Shown here: one piece after another, positions 42,635 to 57,315 of the stretch
Layout of the letters: the number at the start of each line of letters is the position of its first letter
How positions within the stretch are numbered: the first letter of the stretch is position 1
Source: Eledone cirrhosa
Lineage: Eukaryota
Direction of reading: 5' to 3'
NCBI GenBank assembly: GCA_964016885.1
Contig: OZ024746.1
Location: 79,236,001 to 79,300,000 of the forward strand
Length of the DNA stretch: 64,000 nt
Notes under the pieces: generated by a model
What the model saw: the letters and a program-made list of their open reading frames with translations, nothing else
What the model was told of the DNA's origin: nothing
Databases searched by the model: none
Program-made: the position numbers and the translations under genes

Positions 42635-43962
42635 ATAAAGTCCATTTTGCGTCAGGTTCGACACTAAATGTCTCAGTTCTTCATCTGGTTCGCACATTCT
42701 GCTTCATCATTAAATGTCAAGGTTGATATAGGAAAAAAAGTTTCTTGTCTGGTAGATAAGCATTTTCACTGAAACACTGATATAGTAAATTTTCTATGAA
42801 CGTTCCAATAGGTTTAACTACACATCTGCTCCTAACGGGGATTCGTTTCTAGCAACTAAATCCATATCTTAAGTAAATCCAAGATATTCATACAAAAAAG
42901 AAGAAAGAATAATTATTAGACCCGGCATGTAATATCAAATTATTCGTGTATGAGGCCGAAGTCACTTTGGACAAATCTAAATAAACAGTGGACTGAAAAC
43001 TAAGCCTACACATTAGATTTGAAAGCTTGCTTTTTACTCTACAAAGAACCGTATCGAATTCCTGCCTATACTTATAACACCAAACCAACCATCTCTTTGA
43101 CTTGGTTGGTCGATCATTCCGGTATTGATTATTAATTTGAACTGTCATCTTTAAATCGAATTTTTATAGTATTTATTCACGAATATAATCCTATATTTAA
43201 AAAAAAGGGCGATTAATATTACTAAGAAGAAAGACCAATTGGCTAACGTCACACGCAGATTGACATTTGCCATTTCCTAGCTTCTAGCTCCCTAAAAGGA
43301 TTAGTTTTATTTTATTTTATTGTATTCTAATGATTTTGATCAACAGTTATCTGAATGTGAGGTCATGATTAAAGATTCCTGCGCTCATAAATTTTCTCTT
43401 TGTTCTCAGAGTGTTCACTAATGACAACTGATATTTGATTTCAAATCCCGAAACATTCTTAACACATTCTAATGCCACGGTCAATGGTTGCAAAACTTAA
43501 ATGTGTCAATCTTCTGAGATTACTGTGTGACGATTAATAACTTTAAATTTTGACCTTTTCTTTAAACGCTCTTCAGACATGCTTAACGATCACAGGAGAT
43601 CCACTCACGCTTAACATTACTCAAGGGTATTAAACATCGCTTTCAATGTGAAAAATACCGATTAAAGCTAACAAGCTCTTCACTCATTATTTTCCGGTAC
43701 TCAGTCACGTGTTCACATCAGAAGTATTTGAATGTATAGAAGGGAGTAAGAGGAATGCTTTTAATTGCAATGTATTTCCTGGTTCATCGCATTATGGTAT
43801 TTATTGTTTCGGTAACACGACACATAGGATAATTAATAAAAAAACAACAGCTTCCTATATACAACAAAACACCTAATTACATAAGAAATAGACATAAGTA
43901 TGGGCAGGCATACATAAAAACGGAGAATTAGAGAGAAACAGTTCTAGATAAGAGACGCGTTG

Positions 43963-44001
<39 letters not shown>

Positions 44002-45389
44002 TTTTATATCGATATAATAATAATAACATGAGTACCAGCAATAACTGTGGGTTTAACACTGCATTGGACTGGTGTCCTGCTCAAAGGGAAGTCTTTTATT
44101 CTCGTAGTTAACTCCACGGAAGCCGGGATAAGCATCGGTCTGATAAGCGTCGCGACAGACTAAACTTTGATTTAGACCCAACAAAGATGTTTTATGTTCA
44201 AAGTCGATCGGCTAAAGACAATAGAGAAAAGACATCAAATCGCCTAAAAGAAGGTTACGTAGAGGGATGTGTTCCTCGATATACAATGACTCTTTGATGC
44301 CTTACTTTTGATAAGCTCGATTTCAGTTAACATGGGTATGACCAACAACTGTATTAAATAAAACCACTAAAACACTCTAATATTCTGCGTTATAACTAGA
44401 ACAATATAGAGCCCGTACAAAATGGCGGTTGCTGTATTTGAATATCATTTTAGTTTCGTCTTTCACTTCACCCCCAGAAAGAGGAAATATTCTGGCTTTA
44501 TCACCGGTAAATGTTACTATTTATCGAATTATAATGTCAGGGCAAATATTTTTCGATTGCTAAAGTATACACTGACCTCAACATACCTATGATTCGCATA
44601 CGAACGTATTAAATCTACATCTTGAATGTGAATTACAGTGGAAAATATTTTCACAGGTCTTATGACATCTATTCTTTCACGCAATACATCGCAAGAGTTA
44701 AACATCATATAAGTGTTGTTTAACCGCAAGGCCAATTATGTTCAAAGATATCAAGTGTGTTGATGTCCTCTTTATACTAGAATGTTTCATATACCAGGAG
44801 AAACACACACGCGAGCAGACTGCAACAAATAGAGCCTGTAGGTGAGGAAAGATTATTAGGAAAATGAGAAAGCCTATAAAAGATCGCTGCACAGCTTCTG
44901 GGCAGGTCAATACAGAGTAGTTAGCTGGTTTGATTGCAAGCTGAATAGGTAGGTAAGGAATGGTTGATTGGTTCTATATAGCAGACATGTCTTCAGGTAA
45001 TAAATAGACTTAATTTGTCTCAGAAAATCTAGAACTGCACCATCGTTATCAGTTTAAAATATCTCCTTCCTTGTATCTCATTTCTACTTAAATGTTAAGA
45101 CAGCCGATTTGTCTGGAAGTCATGATCCACTACTTTATATCGTATTTTCCTACTTCGACTTAGCGATGCAAGCATCATCATAATTCCATTATTGACCCTC
45201 TTAAAGTACTTCTACTTGAGTGAAAATCCTCTCTTAAGGCAAATAATTACACGAATCTAGTCCTTATCAAGCTATCGAGCGTAGTTTACCATATATCTTT
45301 CCATTATAAGATATTTGGAAACCGGTTGAAAGGCCCTTTTCGCTATTTGGACAACACTAACATGATTATATATATATATATATATATAT

Positions 45390-45525
<136 letters not shown>

Positions 45526-45823
45526 TTATGTATGTATTAGAAGAAACTGATTATTTTTCTTTCTCAAATATAATGGAGAAATCGTAAAAACGAACATGTC
45601 ATTCCTTGACTAATGCTCCGTGAAAAATATAATCGAAAATAATCATTGTTCAAAATTACTTGCCGCTCATACGCTATCGGTTGTATTTAGCGTTTAGTGC
45701 TACTAATGTAGAAGTAACGACTTATATAAGCCGTATAAAGCTTTCGAAAGATTTACCAACTTATGAACATACACACTTTGGGAGAGCGTGATGCAACTTT
45801 TAATGAAATTTATGGTGTATTTA

Positions 45824-45892
<69 letters not shown>

Positions 45893-45913
45893 TGATAAAT
45901 ACACACACACACT

Positions 45914-45973
<60 letters not shown>

Positions 45974-46330
45974 TTTACGTGTGTTTGTGTTTATGTCTGT
46001 AGTTAGTATAAAGACTGCTAATGATATTTATACAATTCTTCATGCTGATAATTAGCTTGAGGTTTTATATCAATCAGTTATAATTACTACATGTTATCTA
46101 TTACTGGACTCACAACCTTCTAATGACACGTTTAGATGGTTGTAGACTTTAAAGAATCTGTATCATCCCTGTAATATCTGGAGATATCACAGAAGTTATA
46201 CTAAAGCGCTTGTCATGTCGTATTTAACAAGCTAGCGATACCACTAAATATTATTAGACACTGCCACTCTCCAATTATATTAAAGATAGGGACATATGAG
46301 TGGTTAAAGAGTTCACTTCACAATGTATAT

Positions 46331-46366
<36 letters not shown>

Positions 46367-46473
46367 CGTCAAGTATGAAATTTAAAGAAATTTCTTGAAA
46401 AAAAAACAAAGTTCTACAAATTTCATACTTGACGACCCAATATATATATATATATATATGTTTTAATATAGAT

Positions 46474-46526
46474 GAGATTCTACAGGACTAGAACTGTTTC
46501 ATTCTTTAGAAATCATCAGGAATCTC
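46474..46526 (-). ncRNA. Hammerhead ribozyme motif, family H5 (left arm of 46460-46601 fold-back)
   Basis: Minus strand: gagattc-CTGATGA-tttc-taaa-gaat-GAAA-cag-ttctagtc-ctg-TA^gaatctc; 7-bp stem I, 4-bp stem III. Confidence 0.8.
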
Positions 46527-46533
46527 TGAATCT

Positions 46534-46588
46534 TGAGATTCCTGATGATTTCTAAAGAATGAAACTGTTCTAGTCCTGTAGAATCTCA
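46534..46588 (+). ncRNA. Hammerhead ribozyme motif, family H5 (right arm)
   Basis: tgagattc-CTGATGA-tttctaaagaat-GAAA-ctgttctagtcctg-TA^gaatctca; one stem III substitution. Confidence 0.75.
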
Positions 46589-46672
46589 TCTATATTAAAA
46601 CTTTTATACTCTGCAATGTATTGAGTACCTTACTTACTGTGGTTACCTCCGATTCAACCCGGAATAACGTAC

Positions 46673-46728
<56 letters not shown>

Positions 46729-46818
46729 ATGTTCAATACCCCAACGGCAGAGCTCAAGCCGTTTCGACGGCTATTTCTGGTGCGTTATGGTCAACCTGGT
46801 TCCTTACCACACTTCCTT

Positions 46819-46883
<65 letters not shown>

Positions 46884-48426
46884 CATAAAATCTTTTTTGC
46901 GCGAGGTTTAAAGTCTCGGAGTCGATTTCACTTTGTAACAGTGGTAAGTGTCTTTGCCTTAGCATGTGCTCGACTCAAGCCTTTTGAGTGAAACTGCGTA
47001 GACAGGAAGTCTGTGGAAGCCCGTCCGATGGATTGTACCTGTAATGCAAAGAACATGCATTGCTATATACTGCGTCACGATGATTCGACTCGTGGTTATG
47101 GAATACTCACCCCTTATTGCGTTAATTCACGAGATGGACGTTCAATTGATCAATTAACTAAATGCTTATCGCCGAAATCTCTCCCCTCCCACTCCCCTCC
47201 CCCTCCTCCTCCTCCTCACCATCATCATCACCATCATCATCATCATCTTCCTCCTCATCCTCATCATCAAGTAAAAAAATAAAATAAAGCAAAATATATA
47301 AATAAAAATAAATTAATAATATATATATATAAACATAAAATAGTAAATAAATATTATTCCATATTATTTAATAATACCAGGTACCTTTGAGATATTTAAG
47401 CTAAAGCTCACCCAACTGAGCTATTTCGGCTGATTTTGTTTTTCTATAATACATTTTATATCATTTAATATACAAATGAGGCGGTGCCCAGCATGGCCGC
47501 AATCTAATGAATGAAACCGGTAAAAGAGTAAAAAGTAAAAGAAACGAATATTTTACATCTCAATGAAATTTAGGAAAGATACTGAACATAAACCAGGAAA
47601 AAGGAAATGAATCATTCAATGTTATCTAATTTATCGATACTATTTAAACGCTTGAATTTTTAATAGCTCACAAAATAATTACAAACATTGAAAGAAATGC
47701 ATTTAATGTCTGTCATGATGTGAATGAATTCCATAGACATTGTTACACGAGTGTGTGAAGAACGAAATAAAACAAGTAAACGTCGCCATCAAATTTACAT
47801 CACGCACCAATATAGAACTTTGGTAATTAAGGCGATACAATACGAAAATGCTCTATTAGACATCTAAACATATGAATTTATGTACTTTCACTATCAACTA
47901 CGAAGTATCCGTGTTTTGTTTTTATTATCGATGTAAAATTCAATTAGTAATCCAACATAAAAATGTCAAATTAGATTTTTCTCTCAGTAACTACATCAGA
48001 AGATTGAATGTTTGTACTCTAATCTGGCTGGTTGTCAGATCGAATCTGTGTCCATCCTAGTCTCCATAACAACAACAATTAAATTACATTTATCTGTAAA
48101 ATAGCTATGTTCATAAATATGTGTAGCTGTTCACAACAAGCAGTGGGGGTACTACTCATATATTAATATATTCTTTTGATTGTTTCAGCTATTAGACCGC
48201 GGTACCACTTTAAAGGGATTTAGTCGACCATATCGAACCAGCTCATTTATCGATCTTTTATTTTTACTGAATCGCTGCATTACCAGGCATGAATCAGACA
48301 CAGACATATATACTCGCGCACGCACACCCAAACCCATATATATTACGTGTTTCTGCAGATACTATCTATTACATTTCTCTCAGAACGCATTGGTCAACCT
48401 AGGGCTACACAGACAATGAGAGTGAA

Positions 48427-48464
<38 letters not shown>

Positions 48465-49129
48465 CCACACATAGTGAAAGAGAGACAGACACAGACAATG
48501 AGAGTGAGGCAGAGAGAGAGAGAGAGAGAGGGGGGGGGGGGGTGAGTTACTTTATACCATGCTGCCATACATTGGAACGGAACCCGAAACAACGCGATTA
48601 CTAAATGAAATCATTAACAACACAGCTATGCTAGCGCCTATATGGAGATTTTCATAGTAAGCAATGGACCCACTATTTTGGAAATACATATTATATAGAT
48701 TACATCGTTGAGTTCAATACGTTATTTTGTTTTAAGTAAGTGTTAAGACAGTTAACAAGAAGCGATAGCCGGCAAAGTTCCTTCTAATTTTCCCCACCAC
48801 TGAGTGGAATGTTTGATGCCTTCAGCAAAGATATTTTGAATTCAATATTACTGCCTGGCCGCATTTCAAAGGTACGTAGCGGCAACATTTTGATAAGCGC
48901 CTCAAAAATACAGCAAAAGCGAGGTTGCGCAACCGTGCAGTTTAGAGGGAACGTTGGTTGCAGTGTATTCCACCCTAAACCGTACCCGGCTACCTTGATT
49001 GATTGATTTTCTAAAAACCGTAATCAAATCTCCTTCAACCCGCACCTGACCGTTTTAAAGACAGTTTGCATAATATAGTCTGGGTTATCGGCGATGACGC
49101 GGTGGGGAGCATAACTCTCTTCAATAAAA

Positions 49130-49345
49130 GGGCGGTGGGTTGGCAGTATCAGTAGAGCGTCAGATGCCATGCTTTGAAACATAGAGTTACGGCCCTTTAT
49201 GATCTGAGTTCAAATCCCGCCGAGGTTAACTTTGCCTTTCATCCTTACGGGGGTCGATAAAATAAAGTACCAGTCACGCAATGATTTTGATTTAATCGAC
49301 TTTCCCCTCCCCCCAAAATTGCTGGCTTTGTGCCTATATAAGAAA
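49130..49345 (+). mobile_element. tRNA-derived SINE, family A (long-tail variant)
   Basis: A and B boxes, body, and extra gatttaatcgactttcccctccccc segment. Confidence 0.85.
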
Positions 49346-50098
49346 TCAATATTAAACAACAAAATCAACGACAGTAACAATAACAGCAACAGTGATGATG
49401 AAAAGGGCAACAGTGTTCTATATGTTTATGAGTATAATATGATTGTAAACAATAGCATCAATAACAGCAGTCGCCGAGAGAGCCTTTACATAGTTGAAAG
49501 ATCTGTTAGAAGTAGCAATAAAATCGCACCTTATCTTCTTTAAAAATGGACACATTGGATAATATGGGTTCTAGATGTATAGATAGACAGGCTAATACCG
49601 TCTGAAGGGCATTTAAGTTTGATGGTAAGTCTGTTCAGTCAGAGTCTACCTGGGGCTAAGCAACAGCAGCAGCAACAACAAGAACAAAAGAACATCAACA
49701 ACAATGGAGATGATAAGAAAAACAACAACAACAACAACAACGACGACAACAGCAACAGCAACAACCATCAAGACAAATGTTAGTTATCGATCTAATACGA
49801 CATGAGTTGAAATTGAATTGTCATGAGCCCCACCAAAGTGAAATAAGCTAGCGAGATTTATTTCGGATTTGGGCGTAAATTAAACAGTTAATTTATAGTT
49901 GCTAATGTTACCTTGTAACGTGCGGTCTATCAATCCCTTTGATTAAGGAATATTAATGAATTGTTTATGAGTTTTGATGGAATATGTCCATTCTGATTAG
50001 GTTTACTTTGCGTGAAATGGCTACATTTATATTGCAGATTATAATAAATATAGTAGTGATATAGTGATGGCGGAGATGGTGGTGGAAAATAGAAATAA

Positions 50099-50151
<53 letters not shown>

Positions 50152-50322
50152 AAGGGAGAGAAGGAATGAAAGGAGGAAAGAAGAAAAGAATAGAAAGAGA
50201 GAAAAGAAACTCACAGTGAAGGAAACCCATCAGGAACCCTGTAGGACTTGCGGCGTTGTAAGATCGCCAGAAATTTAGATTGGATATGCCAAGTGGTGGA
50301 GGGTGAGAAAGAGAAATAGGTT

Positions 50323-50399
<77 letters not shown>

Positions 50400-50856
50400 A
50401 TATGTATGTATATATATATATATATATATGGAGAGAGAGAGGGGTGGAGTAGATAAATACAGTGAGAGGGGAGGAAATTAGGAAAACAAAGAAGACAGTG
50501 AGAGTGGGAAAGAGGGTAGATGTGTGATGGAGGGTGACAGGGTTTTGTTTCATCGGTTTGCTATACAGCTAATTAATACCAAATGAAGTTAGCATTAATT
50601 AAATTCATAGCAACCGCTATTTATCGATCAGTTGATCATCTATCACCTAGGTGGCGTAATATTGCTCATTGAATACCTAAGAGTAATCTTTAGGGAATGA
50701 AACTATGCGTATTCACTCATTCATTCATTGAATCATTGAGTTAGTTCGTCTATTTATTGTTCATTCCTTTTTTTTTTCTTCTTTTCCTTTCGTTCTCCCC
50801 CCCCCCCGCCGCACCTCTATTTTCATTCACACATCTTTCCTCGTTTTTCTTCTATT

Positions 50857-50923
<67 letters not shown>

Positions 50924-51060
50924 TATTTCATTGTGATTTTATTATAAATGTATATACACACACACACATTCATAGACACACACAGACACCACACATACAA
51001 ATATACACACACACTCTCTTTCTATCACACACACACATACACATGGGTATATATATATAC

Positions 51061-51110
<50 letters not shown>

Positions 51111-51191
51111 ATATATATATATATATATTATATATACACACACACTCTCTTTCTATCACACACACACATACACATGGGTATATATATATAC

Positions 51192-51308
<117 letters not shown>

Positions 51309-51386
51309 ATATTATATATTTAATTTTGTCATACACATTTATTTTTCTGACTTCATTTTCTCTATTTTATTCGTTCATTTTTTTTT

Positions 51387-51437
<51 letters not shown>

Positions 51438-52325
51438 GTCTATCTTTCTTTCTTTCCTTCTTTCTTTCTTCCTTCCCTTTCATTATATTTCCTATTCTAT
51501 CTCTCTATCTATCCATGTTTATTTCTTCGTTTTTTAAAAATATTTTTGAATATATTTTTGTTTCCTTTTCTCTTTCATATTTTTTTCTCATAATTTCCGT
51601 CATAAATTATTTCTTTCCTTCTTCTTTCTTTTTTTCTATCTTCTTTCTATTTCTTTCTTTCTTTCCTTTTTTCTTTTTTCTTTCATTTCCTTCATATATT
51701 CATATTTCATTCTTTCCCGGTCCCTTTTTTTCTTTCTTTCTTGAATCTTTCTTGCTTTCTTCCTTTCTTTCTTTCTCAATTTCTTTCATTCCTTTTTTTT
51801 TTACTTTCTTTCTTTCATTCTGTTCAATAAAAACTTTTTTCCTTTAATTCATCAATATTCTTTTATAGATTCATTTCTCACTGCCATTTTTTTTCCTTTT
51901 TCAAAAAACAAACAAAACAAAAATCCCCCAAAGAAACAAAACCAAAAAACGAAGCTTTCAAAATTATTTCAATTATTCTTAAACGCTTAAACACTTTAAA
52001 CATGTTTTTTTTTCTTTATTTTTTTTCTCCCTTGTTTGTTTTGTTTTGTTGCTTTATTTTCACATTTTACCTCAATTAATTCAATTATTGATTTTATGAA
52101 TCTTACTTAAGATCTGGCTGGAAGCTAATTTGTGTTTTTGTAGTGTAGCTGGTTGTAAGTTGTGATTTTCTATATCAAACAAACATACACATAACACATA
52201 GCTAAAAGACAAGATTTATACTTATACAAACATATACGACACGCATACAGACAAATACAAACATACACTGTATTACTGTTTACGTATTAATGTATGTATG
52301 TATTTATATATCTATATATCTATGC

Positions 52326-52386
<61 letters not shown>

Positions 52387-52508
52387 TGCATACATATATA
52401 TAAATATATATATATGTGTGCGTGTGTGTAGGTATATATATATATATGTATATGAAGATATATGCATGCATATACGTACAAACATCTACACACATACATA
52501 TAAATATA

Positions 52509-52554
<46 letters not shown>

Positions 52555-52787
52555 AAATTTGGTTAAATTCCCATTGGTATTATCAGAGTTCGTCAGTTCG
52601 ACAATGGTGTCATACTGACGAACTGCGACAACAAAAAACTTTCCCAACGAAACACGTGTATGATGAAAAAATTGTGAATTTAACAAAATATTGTATATTA
52701 CAACTCCTGGTGAGTAGTATTGTATCGTCCTTGTATTCTCCTCGATGTCATGTTTCTTCGTGGCTAATAAAAGGCATCATTATTACC

Positions 52788-55370
52788 AGGGCGGTGGATT
52801 GGCAGTATCGGTAGAGGGTCGGACGCCATGCTTTCCAGCACAGTTACGTCCCTTTACGATCTGAGTTCAAATCCCGCCGAGGTTGACTTTGCCTTTCATC
52901 CTTACGGGGTCGATAAAATAAAGTACCAGTAATGAACTGGGTAATTGCTGGCCTTGTGCCTAAAAGTAGAAACAATTATTACCATTAATCGGTAAAGGGC
53001 GGTGAATTGGCAGTATCGGTAGAGGGTCGGACGCCATGCTTTCCAGCATAGTTACGTCCCTTTACGATCTGAGTTCAAATCCCGCCGAGGTTGACTTTGC
53101 CTTTCATCATTCATCGATAAAATAAAGTACCAGTAATGTACTGGGTAATTGCTGGCCTTGTTCCTAAAGGAGAAACAATTATTACCATTCATAAGGGCGG
53201 TGGATTAGCAGTATCGGTAGAGGGTCGGATGCCATGCTTTGCAGCATAGAGTTACGGCCCTTTACGATCTGAGTTAAAATCTCGCGGAAGCTAACTTTGC
53301 CTTTCGTTCTTGTGGGGTCGATAAAATAAAGTACCAGTCACTCACTGGGGTCGATTTAATAGACTTTCCCCTCCCCCAAAATTCCTGGCCTTGTGCCTAT
53401 GTAAGAAACCACTATTACTATTAATGATAATAATGATTGTTTCTACTTTTTGGCACAAGGCCAGCAATTATCCCAGTGCATTACTGAAATAAAGTACCAG
53501 TAATGCATTTGGATAATTGCTGGCCTTGTGCCAACAGTAGAAACAATCATTATTACTAAGGGAGACACGATGCTTTGCAGCACTGAGTTACGGCCCTTTA
53601 TGGTCTGGGTTCAAATCCCGCCGAGGTTAACTTTGTCTTTTATCATTACGGGGTCGATAAAATAAAGTACCGGTAATACACTGAGATAATTGCTGGCCTT
53701 GTTTCAGAAGTAGAACAAACTATTATTATGAATTCAAATTCTGTCGAGGCCACGAGTTCATATCCCACCGAGTGAAAATTTGCCTTTCATCTTTCATAAA
53801 ATAAATTATCAGTCAACTACTGGGATCGATATAATAAATTTTACCCTCATCTAAACTGCTAGCCTTGTGCCTAAATTAGAAAAGATTTTATGAAAACAAT
53901 GTCAATATCAAACAAAATAACACCACTCCCCAAATCATTATCAAGCAAAGAACAAGAAAATAATTGTTTCTACTTTAGGCACAAGGCCAGCAATTACCCA
54001 GTGCATTACTGGTACTTTATTTTATCGACCCCGTAAGGATGAAAGGCAAAGTCAACCTCGGCGGGATTTGAACTCAGATCGTAAAGGGACGTAACTATGC
54101 TGGAAAGCATGGCGTCCGACCCTCTACCGATACTGCCAATCCATCGCCGTTGAACAAGAAAATAATAAGTATAGAATAAGTATTTAGTAATAAATAGAAG
54201 CAACAGCAGCTGCAACAAGAGCTAGGACAGCAACAATGTTTTTTCTATTAATATAGGGCATTAGCATCATTCTGATAGCAGAGCTGACGGACAAGGAATA
54301 GATGTGATGAATTGCATTGAAGAGAAGCTGATAGGTGTATTTAATTATTTGTTTATTTATTCATCTATTCATTTATTCATTTATTTATTTATTAATTCAT
54401 CTATTATCGATTAATAATAATCTCTATGGGTAAGCAGACGCGATAAAAATATATAATTGTTTCTACTTTTGGCACAAGGCCAGCAATTATCCCAGTGTAT
54501 TACTGGTACTTTATTTTATCGACCCCGTAAGGATGAAAAGCAAAGTTAACCTCGGCGGGATTTGAATTCAGAATATAAAGGGCCGTAACTCTTTGCTGCA
54601 AAGCATGGCGTTCGACCCTCTACTGATACTGCCAATCCATAATATACATGGTTATGGAGTTAAGACGTTTGATTTACAATGACGTGGTCCCAAGTTCGTT
54701 CCCGCAGCTTGGCATCGTGGTCAAATAAAATTTAGTATAGTTCCAAGTTGTCCAATACTCTGTGAGTAGACCTTCCTAGATAGAAACATAAGGTGGATGT
54801 GCATAGTGGTTAGAGAGCGTTAGATAGCAAGCCGTCTGACATCCGTTCCGGATTTTAGCACACAAAAAAAAAACAAAAAAAAAACTGGGCCAGCTTTACC
54901 TTCTATTATTCCGTGTGTGAGGGCGGTAAATTGGCAGAATCGGTAGAGAATCGGACAAAAGGCTTTGCAGCATCTAGTTATATCTCTTTGCGTTCTGAGT
55001 TCAAATCCCACCGAGATTAGCTTTGCCGTTCATCCTTACGGGGTCGATAAAATAAAGTACCAGTCACGCACTGGGGTCGATTTGATCGACTTTCTCCTGC
55101 CCTTCAAATTGCTGGCCTTATGCCTCAATCAGAAATTATTATACCGTGGGTGAGGGCGGTGAATTGGCAGTATCGACAGAGCGTCGGACACCATGCTTTG
55201 CAGCATAGAGTTACGGTCCTTTTACGATCTGAGTTCAAATCCCGCCGAGGTTTGCTTTGCCTTTCATCCTTACGGGGTCGATAAAACAGAACACTAGTAA
55301 TGAACTGAGGTCGATTTAATCGACTTTCCACTCCTCCCAAATTACTGGCCTTGTGCCTATATTAGAAACC
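52788..55370. mobile_element. Cluster of at least 8 family A SINEs in both orientations
   Basis: + copies start at ~52788, 52997, 53195, 53563, 54921 and 55154; - copies at ~53962-54148 and 54456-54639; tail palindrome at ~53429-53554. Confidence 0.9.
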
Positions 55371-55967
55371 ATTATTCCGCGGGTGATAACAAGTCTAGTA
55401 ATGCGACCAATTGCTTTCTTTTTTCTTTTTATCATTCATTTATTCATTCTGTATTTTTCTTTCATTTTTTTTTTCTTTCTTTCTACTTGTCTTTCTTCTT
55501 CTCCCAGGAAGATATCAGGCGAAGTTAAAAATGAAGAGCAATGGATTCTGTCAAGACAGGCCACACATCATGCCGTATATCAATCATAATGTGGTGCATA
55601 CGACTCGTATATGTGTAAATTGTTGATTAAATATTCTTGGTCATATTTTTTACAGTTTAATTCTCTGAAGATATTTTTTAATGAAACAAAAAGATTAGCC
55701 GATCCCAAACGATTTTACATTCATCTTGTCCGTTTATTGTCTTTTCTATTTATTGTCTTGTCCATTTATTGTCTCGATTCGTTCGGAACAGGTAAATCAA
55801 AAACCACGTGGTGCTTCTGAAGTAGTATTCTTTTGGTATATTCTACTTGTTTCAGTTATTAGACTGTGGCCATGCTAGAATACAGCAATTATTTTAGTCG
55901 ATCATATCGATTCAGGTATTCATTTTTTCAAGGCTTATTTTATCGATCTATTTTTATCAAGTTACTA

Positions 55968-56167
55968 NNNNNNNNNNNNNNNNNNNNNNNNNNNNNNNNN
56001 NNNNNNNNNNNNNNNNNNNNNNNNNNNNNNNNNNNNNNNNNNNNNNNNNNNNNNNNNNNNNNNNNNNNNNNNNNNNNNNNNNNNNNNNNNNNNNNNNNNN
56101 NNNNNNNNNNNNNNNNNNNNNNNNNNNNNNNNNNNNNNNNNNNNNNNNNNNNNNNNNNNNNNNNNNN
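55968..56167. other. Assembly gap (200 N)
   Basis: Run of N. Confidence 1.
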
Positions 56168-56219
<52 letters not shown>

Positions 56220-56228
<9 letters not shown>

Positions 56229-56690
56229 TGTATATATAATGTATTTTGCAATACACTGTATGCTTAATTAAAAGCATTTCGAAGACCTTACGCTATCGTT
56301 TTAGAGTAGTCACAGTCTCACTTATTTTAATTTTCAGCAAACAGGGGAGATAAAGCTGACAGAGCTCTGTTTCGCACTTTTTAGTGCTTATCAAAGCTAA
56401 GTACTCCGCCTGTTTGCTGAAAATCATGAATGTTTGATGATTCTTATAGAATTCTAGTAATAATCAGGAACTGATTATACAGAGCGGTTGCCGATCAAGC
56501 AGAAATTGAAAATTAGAATTGGTGCTCTGAAATAGCGATATATATAATTTTCAATTTCTGCTTGACCGACAACCGCTCTGTATAATCAGTTCCTGATTAT
56601 TACTAGAATTCTAGCATAAAGTGTATTGCAAAATACATTATATATACATTCATATATATATATCGCTATTTCAGAGCACCAATTCTAATA
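56220..56690. mobile_element. Second locus of the 33033 repeat family: one permuted unit plus two inverted fragments
   Basis: 56220-56545 matches the unit; 56546-56612 and ~56620-56688 are inverted pieces; (TA)n on both sides. Confidence 0.85.
56354..56398 (-). ncRNA. Hammerhead ribozyme, family H4, with compensatory stem II change
   Basis: Minus strand: agct-TTGATAA-gcac-taaaaa-gtgc-GAAA-cagagctctg-TC^agct (gcac/gtgc versus gtac/gtac). Confidence 0.88.
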
Positions 56691-56851
56691 TATATATATA
56701 TATTGTTATACTTTGGGAGGGTCATGTTGCTAATAAGAAACAGACGCACCAGTTGCTCTCACTTCAATTTATTATAAATTAAATTTATAAATTTAGGAAT
56801 TTATAAATTTCCGGTTGGTTGGTTCCACAACCAGACGATTGTTCATATATT

Positions 56852-56894
56852 GTCAAAGCTCTTTCGTCACACATTCTGTAACCTCTTCAGTGAC
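56852..56894 (-). ncRNA. Hammerhead motif in the 3' region of a Penelope-like element
   Basis: Minus strand: gtca-CTGAAGA-g-gttac-agaatgt-gtgac-GAAA-gagc-TT^tgac. Confidence 0.7.
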
Positions 56895-57093
56895 TGGGGA
56901 TTATTTTCTTTGTTTTTGTGCCTCTCCTTTGTTCTGTCCTACGCCATCTTGTTTTTGTGTGTGTTGTGTGCTTAGTTTGCGCATGTGTTACATCCGGGTG
57001 TCTGCGTGTGTTTATATTTGTTTATTTATTTGTTTATTTACATGTTACTGGTTGGTTGTTTGTTCTATGTGTGTGTGTTTTTTCATTTTGTCC

Positions 57094-57315
57094 TTAATTG
57101 TAAGTTGTGATGTTGCTATTCCATTCATGCTTTCTATTTAATTTTGGTTGGAGTTCATTTATGTTTATTGCCTCTGTGATTTGTCTAAACATTGCGTCTT
57201 TTCTGTGTGTAGATTCTATTTTTATTTCTATGTTCTTTAATTTACCCTTATGTTCTATTTTAGCATGTTGGTAGAGTACAGTTGATTCTTTACTATCTTG
57301 AAGCTCTCGCCAGTG
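57094..57315 (-). pseudogene. 5'-truncated Penelope-like element: GIY-YIG endonuclease C-terminus, open for 73 aa
   Basis: HWRELQDSKESTVLYQHAKIEHKGKLKNIEIKIESTHRKDAMFRQITEAININELQPKLNRKHEWNSNITTYN*; His pair, RxIxEAxxI and PxLN motifs; truncated at (TA)n; absent from the ORF track. Confidence 0.8.

Noticed and set aside
50230-50290. accctgtag seed resembling miR-10
   Set aside because: The rest does not match the mature miR-10 sequence and there is no precursor hairpin.
52788-55370. tRNA gene cluster
   Set aside because: A and B boxes are present but there is no cloverleaf, and each head continues into a shared SINE body and tail.
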